Origin: Eledone cirrhosa | Lineage: Eukaryota | Length of the DNA stretch: 64,000 nucleotides | Reading direction: 5' to 3' | NCBI GenBank assembly: GCA_964016885.1 | Contig: OZ024743.1 | Span: 309,256,001 to 309,320,000 of the forward strand | Shown here: positions 25,280 to 38,340 of the stretch, in pieces | Layout of the letters: each line of letters starts with the position of its first letter | Position numbering within the stretch: the first letter of the stretch is position 1 | The notes under the pieces: model-generated | Database searches by the model: none | What the model was told of the DNA's origin: nothing | What the model saw: only the letters and a program-made list of their open reading frames with translations | Translations under genes and position numbers: made by a program

Positions 25280-26875
25280 ATACATAAATACATACCTGAG
25301 GTGGAAAAGTTGCTTTTGTCCTTAGATGTGAATAAGGGGCATTGTCCAGACGGTCTACATCTAGCGATTTTGGGTGCAGTTGCACCCAACCTTCCTAAAC
25401 CTCTAGCTACGCTATTCAACCAATCATTGGCTATCGGAGTTGTTCCTGCCGACTGGAAAGTAGCTACAATTTGCACTATCTTTAAAAAAGGCGACAAAGA
25501 AGACCCGGGGAACTACAGACCCGTGAGCCTCACCTCAATTGTCTGTAAGGCCTTGACATCTCTAATCAAGCGGGCAATTATGGCTTATCTTGCGTCTTTC
25601 ACTGCCATCTCTCCATCTCAACACGGTTTCATCCAGAAACGATCCTGTCTCACAAACCTACTCTTGATGGAAGAATGGGTGACGAGGATAGTAGACGATG
25701 GAGATGCGGCCGATATTATCTTTCTCGACTTCGCCAAAGCCTTTGACTCTGTCAACCACCGCCTGCTCCTGCATAAGCTCAGCAACTACGGTCTCCATGA
25801 CTCGATTATAAAGTGGATTGGATCATTTCTGGAGAGTGGTACTTGCAGAGTTCGGATCAATGGCAGTCTGTCATCGGGGGTGGGTGTAGGCAGTGGCGTT
25901 CCCCAGGGCTCTGTGTTGAGCCCAATTCTCTTCCTTCTATATATCAACGACATGCTGGACGTAATTGTTGGAAACATGCTCCTATTTGCAGATGATGTGA
26001 AAAAAGTTGCCCGTAGGAGCGAGATCGACAATCTCAAGTCCAGCCTCCAGCGCGCCTGGAGTTGGTCCATTGGCTGGGATTTATATCTCAATGTCGATAA
26101 GTGTTGCGATATGGCAGTGGGTACACCTCATAACTCAGCTCTTCCCTTCAATGGTGGCACTGCTCCTTTGAAGGAGGTTGAGGAGACTAAAGATCTTGCT
26201 CTGCTGGTCGACTCGTCCTTCAAACCATCAAAACATTGCATTCAAGCTGCAAACAGGGCAAGGAGCTCTCTTTTTCTTAATCGTCGCTCCTTTGTCAAAC
26301 TCACTCCAGAAGTTTTCAGGCCTCTCTATGTCGCCCTCGTGAGACCGCACCTAGAATATGGCATCCAAGCATCAGACCCTTATCTTATCCGGGATATCCA
26401 TCACTTGGAGAGAGTTCAACGACTAGCGACTCGAATGGAACAGGGTCTTCATGAGCTGCCCTACAAAAGCCGGCTGCAGAAGTTGAACCTCTTCTCCTTG
26501 GGGCGTCGACCTCTACGAGGCGATCTCATTTTGGCTTACAATCTCCTCAATGGCCATTACGATCTCCCTCAAGATCTCCTATTCACTCCGGCACTTGAAA
26601 GAGGTCTACGTGGACATGACAAAAAGCTGTTTCACCGCCGCTTTCGCCTAAATAGACGGAAAGCTGCTTTCTCGATCCGCATCTCTGGACCCTGGAATCG
26701 GCTTCCAGAAGTAGTAGTCAACGCGCCAACCACGCAACAATTCAAGGCGAAATTGGACCGGTGTTGGACCACTGTGTTTCCGACTGTGTACATTTCCCCC
26801 CTCTCCCCTCCTTACATGGCATCTGAAGCATCTATGTTTTATTTTCTGCCAAATATATTGAATTGAATGGAATAC
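25280..26875 (+). mobile_element. 5'-truncated CR1-clade LINE with uninterrupted RT ORF (25301-26866)
   Basis: YRPVSLTSIVCK, FLDFAKAFDSV, GVPQGSVLSP, LFADD, LVRPHLEY, LERVQR and WNRLP motifs. (ATTGA)-like tail. Embedded in degenerate (TACA)n. Confidence 0.9.
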
Positions 26876-27304
26876 CTAACTGCATACAAACATGCATACA
26901 TATATGCATACATATATATATACATGCAGGCACGCATATATACATAGCTATATAAATGTATGTATGCACGCATACAGACATGCATGCATATATGTATATA
27001 TACATACATATATACATACATAAATGCATACATATATACATGCATACCTACATATATATACATACATACATATATACATGCATACATACATATATATACA
27101 TACATAAATACATGTATACATAGATATATAAATGTATGCATGCACTCTACATACATACACGCATACACACATAGTGCATACATACATATATGCTTACATA
27201 CAAACATACAAACATACAAACATACATACAGTCACATAGGAATAGGCAGGTGATCTCGAATGAAATATGTAAAAGTAATTTCTGAATAATAAATCACCCC
27301 CCCC

Positions 27305-27346
<42 letters not shown>

Positions 27347-27401
27347 GATGGATCCCTCCATCCATACATACATACATACGTGCATACAAATATATACATA
27401 C

Positions 27402-27990
27402 ATGGTGGCTGCCAACTCGTTTTCGAGTACGGCCACTACTTCATATCTATGTAGGAGAACCCCTACCGATGCGCTGAACGAGTGTGACTTTTTAGTCCAC
27501 CCAGCGACTTGAAAACTCTGGTACAAACACTACACTTGTGACAATTATTGACACATAGTGCTGGGCCCATGGTACCATGTGACGACAAGTGCAGAGAGAT
27601 CTTCAGATATAAAGCAATGCCTGTGCCGTGAAGCTTTTATAGTGAGCAAAGGCACTGCACAAGTCCCACTCTCTTAACCAAGATGATATTTACCAAAAAG
27701 AAGAACAAGTCAACATCATTGGATACCATCAGGGTTGCAGGTGTTATATCAGAGTTTTCCTTCTCCTAGAATTCTGCCTTGACAAAGACTAAGGGGTAAT
27801 CTCTCCCGGTGATGTTGGATGGCCATTGACTCTTAAGAGCTCCTTTGCCCTTTGACAGGTTTCGTTTTTAGTCCTGCAGGATGTCCAAAGTCACCCTCCT
27901 CACCAAGAAACCTTGGTGGGGTTGCCATTTTAGTCGCCAACGACCCGACCATGAGACAGGTTGTACTGGGATACATGTTACCAGTAGCAC
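27402..27990 (-). mobile_element. Bipartite RTE-derived retroposon copy
   Basis: Reverse complement of 186-778. Confidence 0.75.
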
Positions 27991-28044
27991 ATACATACAT
28001 CCATACATACTTACATACATTCATACATACATGCATACATACAT

Positions 28045-29460
28045 TCATACATACATACAACCCAATCTAGCAACATTTGTAACAATGACCTAACTGTTTC
28101 ACCAATACCTGATGAGGACTGCTACAGATACCTGGGGATAGATGAGAACATATCATATAATGGTATATGTAATAAGGAACGCGTAACCAGGGAATACTAC
28201 ACCCGATTAAGAAAGATATAGTTATCGGAACTCTCTGCGAAAAACAAAACAGTGACTCACAATGTGTTTGCTGTTCCTGTCCTAACACCAACTTTTGGAA
28301 TACTCAATTGGACGAAATCCGAGCAGTTGATGTTAGAACTCGAAAAATACTAAACAACACCGGAAACTTTCACATCAACAGTGACATAGACCGCCTTTAC
28401 TTGAAACGTAAGCAGGGAGGAAGAGGCCTAACATCAGTCCAGACAGCATTTGAATGTTGCATCATATTCCTCCTACAACATCTACGAACCTCAAAGCGCA
28501 GGAGCCCGTCTCTCGAGCAAGTCTATCTGCATGAAACAGATGAGATCATGAGAGTTGGGAAGGAACTCCCCGAGAGGTATTCCCTATGTGATAATCAAAA
28601 ACTCACACCCAGTATCGCAGTGAATCCATGGATGAAAAACTGCATGCTAATCAGCAAAAAAATCATGCATGGATATGTTGCCAGGAAGCTCCAGAGTGAG
28701 ACTAATATAGATAAGGAAAGTAGTCTATCTTGGACCAACAACCGCTATATTTGCTCCCTCTTTGAAGGATACGCTTTTGCAATCCAAGAACAGGAGATTA
28801 ACACGAAATACCTGATTCACAAAAGAGATAGGGATGCAGGAAAAACACCTAGATGTGATAACAAGTGAAGACTGCAGAATTAACATCCAAGATGTCACCC
28901 ATGTCATCAGCAGCTGTCCAAAGATGTCATCGCAGTAATATCTACCTATGAGGCATGATGTAGTGGCCAAAACACTGTACAATGCAATCCGTAGAAAAAA
29001 GAGCCCCGATAATAAACACATTAAAAGCTACAGCAATGTGGAAGACATCCATGTACATAATGTGAAAGAGTACTGGTGGAATGTTCCAGTAAAAACCCCA
29101 ATAAAATGCAGGCATAACAGACCAGACATTATGATATGGGACAGGGAGAAGAAGGCATGCACAGTAGTGGAAGTTAACTGTCCAGCAGATGCCAATATAA
29201 TATCAAAGATTAGAGAAAAGGAGAATATTTATGCAGAACTGATTAGAAATCTGCAGATACTCCACCCTGATTACACCTTCAGATTTATGCCTGTGATTAT
29301 TGAGGCACTGGGATAAGTTAGTAACTGCCTCAATAAAATCTTAAGAAGCTAGGCTTCACAGGAACAGAAAGAACACAACTAGTTAGGAAATTACAAGTAC
29401 AACCCATTAATGGAACAGTAAAAATATGTAAAACATTCCAAAAATGTTTCCATCTAATAA
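28045..29460 (+). mobile_element. 5'-truncated R4-like RLE retrotransposon, copy D (distinct family, degraded)
   Basis: YRYLG-like motif, DIDRLYLKRKQGGRGL, AIQEQEI, RHD and RPDIMIWD...VEV motifs across broken ORFs. Confidence 0.85.
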
Positions 29461-30040
29461 CTTCATATACACATGTACAGATACTAAGCATATACACATG
29501 CACACATACAATTCAAAACATATACATCCACACATACAATAACATCCATATCTACACATGCATGCAGACATGCATACATATTTACATAGTTGATGTTGTG
29601 TAAATTCCAATGAGGGAGTCTCGTGTCTATGTTTGAAACCGACTCTCGCTCTATTGGCAAAGGGAAATTATAAAACCAGAAGAGCATACATATATACAAA
29701 TACATATGATAACATAGCAACAACGCCCATAATCCATTAATACACATACACACCAATAATAACATATTTTCTTGTAATACTGAAAAGAATTGTTTCACAT
29801 TGTAAAGAAAATGGCCAGCACATTCAAATACAACTGACATACTGGTACACACATAGAGGAGAGAAACATTGAAAAATATTGTAAGCTTTTAAGATGTAGC
29901 TGAAGGTGTCAGAAAGCGGACATGTTTACTGCAACATATGACATTTACAATTTGAAATAAATAGCGCACAAGTGATTTGTACACACACACACACTCACAC
30001 ATACACACATACACATACCCACATATATAAATATATATAA

Positions 30041-30235
30041 AGAAATCTAATATAGAAATGGCTTCTATAAGACTGGAACTGTTTAATTCCTATGAAATCA
30101 TGATCATCATTTCATACGAATGAAATAGTTCCAGTGCTGTAGAAGCCATTTCTATATCAAATTTCGTTGTCCACACTCTACTTATGAATTGACTACCTTA
30201 ATTATGAGGTTACTCCCGATTTCACTCGGGGTCTC
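30041..30235. repeat. Inverted cassette containing 3' halves of a hammerhead (family related to 31431-31730)
   Basis: Arms at 30041-30100 and 30105-30165. GAAA-TAG-TTCCAGTG-CTG-TA-GAAGCC. The inversion point lies where CTGATGA would be. Confidence 0.65.
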
Positions 30236-30301
30236 TCACTCTCTCTCTCTCTCTATATATATATACATATACGTACGTACGCACACACACACACACGCAC
30301 G

Positions 30302-30402
<101 letters not shown>

Positions 30403-30626
30403 ACATATATATAGAGATAGATAGATACATACATATATACATACATATATACATATATACATACATATATACACACACACGTGTGTGTGTGTGTGTATAT
30501 CTAAAAACCTAAATACATATAAAGTGGCTAACTGAATACACGTGATTTATTTCCAAATAATTTTTTACGTTTCTTCCACTTCTCACTCTTGACTATCGTT
30601 CTAATTTTTTTTTTACTTCTCATTAT

Positions 30627-30662
30627 GGTTTGATGAAAGACTATGGTCCGAAACGTTAAGAC
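30627..30662 (+). ncRNA. Degenerate minimal hammerhead (family of 55249-55284)
   Basis: TTGATGA-AA-GAC(TATG)GTC-C-GAAA-CG-TT-AAGAC. The downstream tail is shared with 55285-55375. Confidence 0.5.
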
Positions 30663-30794
30663 TCTTTTGCATTTATATCAAGCGTTAAACTGTGAAATAT
30701 ATTCATTGTACTGTATCGTTTTGCTATCCATTCACTTTTCACATACACACGCACACACACACGCACACACACCCACACCCCCACACACACAAAT

Positions 30795-30887
<93 letters not shown>

Positions 30888-31278
30888 ACACACACACATT
30901 CACACACTTATATATATAAGGTAAACATAGGAAAAAAGACGGCATCATATTCAATACCGTTTTATTCCATAACGTCATTGTGTTATGCACATTTCGATGG
31001 TACAGAAAGGTCATTATTCAATGATTATTCAATACATTTTCATCACAGAGTCAGTTCGGATGTGAATACAATTTTCTTAATATGTTTCCGTGGAAGATGC
31101 GTTTACATCTTGACGTTCGACAAGCATTTACATATATATAAAGTTGTTACGCTGTCACTTCGTGAGGATAAGTCAGTTCAAGCGATCAAAAAGCATCAGA
31201 TTCTCACACAACCATGGGTGTAGTTAACCAATTGTGGGGATATGTCGCTTGTCATGTATTACCGTCCAGTTGTGATGC

Positions 31279-31315
<37 letters not shown>

Positions 31316-31335
31316 CATATATATAGATACATATT

Positions 31336-31423
<88 letters not shown>

Positions 31424-31495
31424 CATACATATATACGTTTTTCCCGGGTTCAATCGGGGTAACCACAGTAAGTAAGGTACACAATACATAATAGT

Positions 31496-31716
31496 GCTTC
31501 CTGATGATTTCTCCCGAATAAACAGTTCTAGTCCTGTAGAAGCCATTTCTATATTAAATATTTATACTCTGCTATGCATTGAGTACCTTACTTACTGTGT
31601 TTACCCCCGATTGAACCCTGGATAAACGTATCTTTAGCACTTACTGTGCCCTTCTTAACCATCAGGGCTTCCTGATAAGTTCTCCCGAATGAAACAGTTC
31701 TAGTCCTGTAGAAGCC
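31496..31716 (+). ncRNA. Two tandem type I hammerhead motifs 171 bp apart, each with one core lesion
   Basis: Consensus GGCTTC-CTGATGA-GTTC(TCCC)GAAT-GAAA-CAG(TTCTAGTC)CTG-TA-GAAGCC. Copy 1 (31496-31543) lacks the G of GAAA. Copy 2 (31666-31716) has CTGATAA. Confidence 0.7.
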
Positions 31717-31750
31717 ATTTCTAAATTATATATATATATATAAACCACAC

Positions 31751-31962
31751 TATTCCAGTGTCCCATGTGACTTGCTATACCATGGTGGCCGGCATGGTAT
31801 AGCAAGTCACGTGGGACACTGGAATAGTTTCTTATTTGCCTCGGAAGAAGATATATTAATGTCGAAATATCAGGACATATGAATAAATTAAGGTAAAACC
31901 TGTTTCTTACGATTTAATTATTTTCCGGCCAACCAGTGGCTTTCAAACTTCGAATTCTTTAT
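31751..31962 (+). repeat. Hairpin (35 bp arms) followed by a degenerate hammerhead
   Basis: Arms at 31751-31785 and 31793-31827, then CCT-CGGAAGA-A-GAT...GTC-GAAA-TA-TC-AGG at 31839-31874. Confidence 0.55.
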
Positions 31963-32143
31963 ATATATATATATATATATAACGAAGGAAATGTGGTAAG
32001 GAACCAGATGGACCATAACGCACCAAAGTACTCAATACTTAGAGTAGTAGAGTGGGTAATAGGAACGAGTAGGACCCCGACGGCTGAGCTCAAGCCGTTT
32101 CAACGGCTAATTCTGGAGCTCAGCCGTCGGGGTCCTACTCGTT

Positions 32144-32171
<28 letters not shown>

Positions 32172-32178
<7 letters not shown>

Positions 32179-34148
32179 ACTAGAAATTGATTGACATATA
32201 TATATATCAAAAATAAACATATGAAACAATCACAGGGGATAACACGTGTAACAAAAACAATTTTTTCTCTGTTCCTGGCTTGTAATCACTTTTTTGTGTT
32301 ACTTAGGTCCCAAATAAATTAAAAAAATAGTCCTATTAAACAGTTAAAAGTTTGGCTTTGTAAAAATTCTAAGCTATTGACTAGAATTATTTGTATGCTG
32401 GATTTTACGTTGTATGTATGTTTAATTTGCCTATGTTAAATGATTTTTTTATATGTTTCAGGTTAAATTAAAATTATAAAATAAAGAGTAATACCTAAAG
32501 AAAATTATAAAAGTGCAATAATGTATAAAATTGTTAAAAAGTGGATTAAAGAGATTTATTGATACTGGATTTTCGCACCCTGAATAAAGGGTGAGTTGTG
32601 TTTTAAGCATTCGTCTCCAGGATGAAGCAGTGGAACTTGGTCAAAGAAGAAGTGCAGGTGACAAGTTAGAGAAGTCGACACGAACCTTTCTCAGGCTTTT
32701 ACAGTCTTAGGGATGGCCTCTGCTTCTGCCATGACGTGCCTGGACTGTTTGAAGTTATTGGGGTGCCGTTTGTGGCCAAGGAGTGGTAGCTATTTATAGA
32801 CATCTCCACAAGTTCCCGACACTGCTCCTAGCTCATTCAGTCTGCCTGAAGAGAGATTACTACAATGTGAAAGTCCTCTTGGAAGCTCTGCAATACAACC
32901 AGTACAATTGGGAAATCATTGGAGACTTCAAGATGGTGGCTTTCCTGCTTGGACGCCAAGGTGGCTTTATCAAATTCCAATGCTTCCTCTGCCTTTGGGA
33001 CAGCAGAGCCACCTCTGACCACTACAAAAGAAAGAACTGGGAGCAGCGAACAGAATTTGTAGTTGGGACCCGGAACGTCATGTGGGAGCCACTGGTTGAT
33101 CCCAGGATTGTGCTCATGCCGCCACTGCACATTGAGTTGGGGTTGATGAAGCAGTTTGTGAAGGCTCTCAACCAAGAATCAGCCGCTTTTAAGTACCTTC
33201 TTGAGTTCTTCCCCAAGTTATCTGAGGCCAGAATCAAAGGTGGAATTTTTGTTGGACCTCAGATAAAGAAGGTGTTTGAGTCTACCAAGTTCTCCAATAA
33301 GCTCAATAGGATTGAGAGAACAGCATGGGACTGTTTCAAGGCAGTTGTTAAGGGTTTCCTGGGCAACTACAGAGCTGAAAACTACCAGCAACTAGTGCAG
33401 GATCTGATAAAGGCTTTTGGCGCCATGGGATGCAGGATGTCGCTTAAACTCCATATGCTGGACGCTCACCTGGAAAAGTTCAAGGACAATATGGGCGCCT
33501 ACTCAGAAAAACAAGGCGAACTATTCCACCAAGATGTGAAAGAGATAGAGCGGAGGTACCAGGGCCACTACAAGGAAAAAATGATGGGGGAATATATCTG
33601 GGGGCTAGTGCGGAAATGCGACCTGGACTACAACCGCAAATCCAGGAAATCCAGTCATTTCTGATGTATATAAGTTGCTTTATACGTGTTATTTGCTTTT
33701 ACCTGTTTGCTTTTGATAAGCTTGTGTAATAAAATAAATATATACTCTGTTGATTTAATTATATGAACTGATAAATTTAAAACAAATGTGTTTTTTCTTG
33801 AAAAATCAGAAAATTTCGAAATATCAAACTCCTGACCACAAACCCAAACTTCTGATTAAATAATAGTGTTTTATTTTATAATAATGGGATATAACAAACC
33901 ATGAAATGATACTTAGAACCGGGTAACAACAAATATGTTACACGGTGTAATCTGTAAAAGTGTGTAAGCACACACATCTATGTAGGTAACAAATAAAAGT
34001 ATAACTAGAACTTCATGAAGTTGTAGTTAAACTTTAATTAGTTACCTACACAGATGTGTGTGCTTACACACTTTTACAGATTATCCCCTGTGATTGTTTC
34101 ATATGTTTAATTTAGATATATATATGTCAATCAATTTCTAGTTGATAT
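32172..34148. repeat. Palindromic cassette whose left arm is split by the Chapaev3-like element
   Basis: 32172-32242 plus 33951-34015 is the reverse complement of 34016-34148. Centre CTTCATGAAG. Confidence 0.85.
32243..33947 (+). mobile_element. Chapaev3-like (CMC superfamily) DNA transposon with partial transposase (32783-33664)
   Basis: TIRs CAC(C)GTGTAACA / TGTTACACGGTG and a 3 bp TAA TSD (32240-42, 33948-50). Transposase has GD, CxxC (CFLC), PPLH, HxxxxH (HMLDAH) and QGELFHQD. Confidence 0.85.
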
Positions 34149-34285
34149 AAAATGCTCGGATCGATTCATTGAAATCTTGGAGCATATTTTACAGTGGTTA
34201 TGGCGCATGTCTCTCTGACATGACATCCTTAATTTAATTTAAATTTTGTATATATATATATATATATATATTTATTTATATATTA

Positions 34286-34380
<95 letters not shown>

Positions 34381-34474
34381 ATATATATATATATATGATA
34401 TATAGATGTATATATATAATAATAATAATTATAAAATGTGGAGAACGAGAACACGAGTTGGAATATATATATAT

Positions 34475-35606
<1,132 letters not shown>

Positions 35607-37881
35607 GTATATAAGTTTGCGTTGTATATTTATGTGTGTGTGTGCGCATTTCTGTGATAGTGTTTACGTTTTTGTCTGTGTCTGTGTTTATGTCCCATAA
35701 CTTAACTGTTCGACAAAAAGTGATCGAAAAATAAGTACTGGGGTCGATATGACCGACTAAATGAAAAGTAATGTCCCAACATGGCCGCAGTTCAATGACT
35801 GAAACAAGTGAAAGTATATAATAATGATTTCATTTATTGGCCACAAGGGTCGCGAAAGTATAAAATTATAAAAGTATGTTGTATTTACGCAGCTCCATGC
35901 CATATGACATATCCTTATTCATCCACTTAATCAAAATATTTCATCACAAATAGCAATGATTGATTTTCATCAATTGGACGTCATACAAAATATCGAATAT
36001 CGAATTATTCTCGCGAGACCGGAAAACTAACTTTATATTGGCCATAGCGATATCCCTTTTCTGCTGAGTTGCAAACACAATCTGATGAAATTTATACCAA
36101 CTTCATCAAATTTACTGTTTTGAGGAAATCGTGGTCTTAAAAATAATTGACTTTGGTGATTCAATTAACAGAGACTTTAAGAAGTTCATAGATTACCGCC
36201 AAATCGTAATTCAACCGCTTCTTTCATCAATTAATTGATCTGCAAGTTAATAAATTTGGTAAAATGACATGCAAGAGCCAATGGACGGCTGATTACTATT
36301 TCAACAATAGCGTTGTGTTTTTTATATTCTTTTTACTACAATGAACAAATCGGTTGTTTGATTCTAAATATAAATGCCAGACATAAAAAGTCAATATCGC
36401 CTGAAAATAGAAATAAAAATATTTCTATAGAAATATATAATAATTCAGTTAAATGTAATTCTGTTAGGGATTTGATTCATGTGAATCTACTGCATTAGTT
36501 CTTAGATGTAATCAGACTTGCTTCCAATGTAGATGTGAGATTGCATTTAATATTAACTTAGCCAATAACTATCCATCATGTGGTTATATAGATAGACGCA
36601 GGCATGGTTGTGTGGAAATGTAGTTTGCTTCATAACTACGTAGTTTCGGGTTCAGTCACACCGCTTGTGTGAAATTTGGTGGACGGGAACTGTTTGGAAG
36701 TCCATCATGCACACATACCCGTAACACCCCCTTATATATATATATATATAGTTCAATGAGACAACACTCAAAGGTATAAAACGTCTTTCACGCTTTATAT
36801 GTATATATATGTTATTTTGATTAAAATGACAGGAGGCCGGACTGGTGAAGTTCCCATAAATTTTTACTGTTGCAAAAACACTATGCTTATTTCACTGGCC
36901 AGGTTACGTAAAATCCTGGTGACATCATCAGGTTCGTATTGCATAATTAGTTACTCAATAAAGGAATTACGGCAAACACAAACAGAAGATAGCAAAGAAA
37001 ATAGAGGAAATATTTGATTCAGAGATGGCCATTGAGTAAGTGTTATCGTTGCATAGGCCATCGTCGAATATATATAAATGTGTGTGCGTGTAATGTGTGT
37101 GTGTTTGTTTGCTTACGTCCCATAATTTAGCGATTTAATATAGAAAAAGGATACTCTTGCATAATGTAATTGCAGAGGTAGTGTATTTCATAAGAAATAC
37201 GGCAAGGAAAAGGTTTAACTATTTGGTACGATGGAACATTGAAAGAGACTAGTTGTATGAGCAATGTTGCAATATTTATTAAATCTCCTTCCATACGATA
37301 GATACGAGGTTCTATTCCCACAGGTGTTTCTGTTCACATTTTTTCTATCTCCAGAGAGTACAAAACTTAACTTTTAGAACTATCACTATTAACTATAGTT
37401 AATTATAATTATCCGCATTTTGGTGACAGTATTTTTCAATTTTCAATTATTCCAATGCTTCGAAATTTAACGAAATATTGTTTATTTCTATATTTCTTTT
37501 GTTCATTGTTTTATGCAGTGAAGTTATGCAGAGAAACAGAGATTAAATTGAAACCACATTAACAACAAAGAAGGCATGGACTCCATTTACAGATATTAAT
37601 CAAATTTGAAATTGAATTAAAATAATTTTTCACTACAATAATTGATGCTAGTTTATAAATTCGGTTTAAAATCTAAATAATCTACTGGATCAGTGTTACT
37701 ATAAAATGTACAAGGTGAAAAAAAACAACAAAAAAAACAACAACATACATTCAGAATGTAAGCCGAGCCTAACGAGGGATCCTCATCGAGATCACACAGC
37801 TTGCAAGAAATTGTTTTCAAATTTCCGTATAATTTGACATCCTTACGAAAAGTTGGTTATATAGAATGGTGTAGTGTTGGA

Positions 37882-38081
37882 NNNNNNNNNNNNNNNNNNN
37901 NNNNNNNNNNNNNNNNNNNNNNNNNNNNNNNNNNNNNNNNNNNNNNNNNNNNNNNNNNNNNNNNNNNNNNNNNNNNNNNNNNNNNNNNNNNNNNNNNNNN
38001 NNNNNNNNNNNNNNNNNNNNNNNNNNNNNNNNNNNNNNNNNNNNNNNNNNNNNNNNNNNNNNNNNNNNNNNNNNNNNNNNN
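37882..38081. other. Assembly gap (200 N)
   Basis: Run of N. Confidence 1.
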
Positions 38082-38336
38082 TTGCGGTCGTTTCCCTGGC
38101 AGTGGAAACTTCTGGTGTCCTCGGTCCCAGGGTAACTTCCTTACTCACCACCATAGGCGCTGAGCTGGCCAGCCGCAGGTGTGAGCCCCGCGAGTTGGAG
38201 TGGCTTTTCCAGCGCGTCCCTTGCTGTCCTCCGGGGAAACGCCTTCTCCATTCTGTCCGCCGGGGCTGTGGGTGGGCCCCATCGCGTATCAATACATTAG
38301 TTAAATACCATTCTTTCATCGTTACAACTTATATCA
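38082..38336 (+). mobile_element. 3' fragment of a CRE-like RLE retrotransposon
   Basis: LAVETSGVLGP motif. Nearly identical to 43335-43589. Confidence 0.75.
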
Positions 38337-38340
38337 ACAG

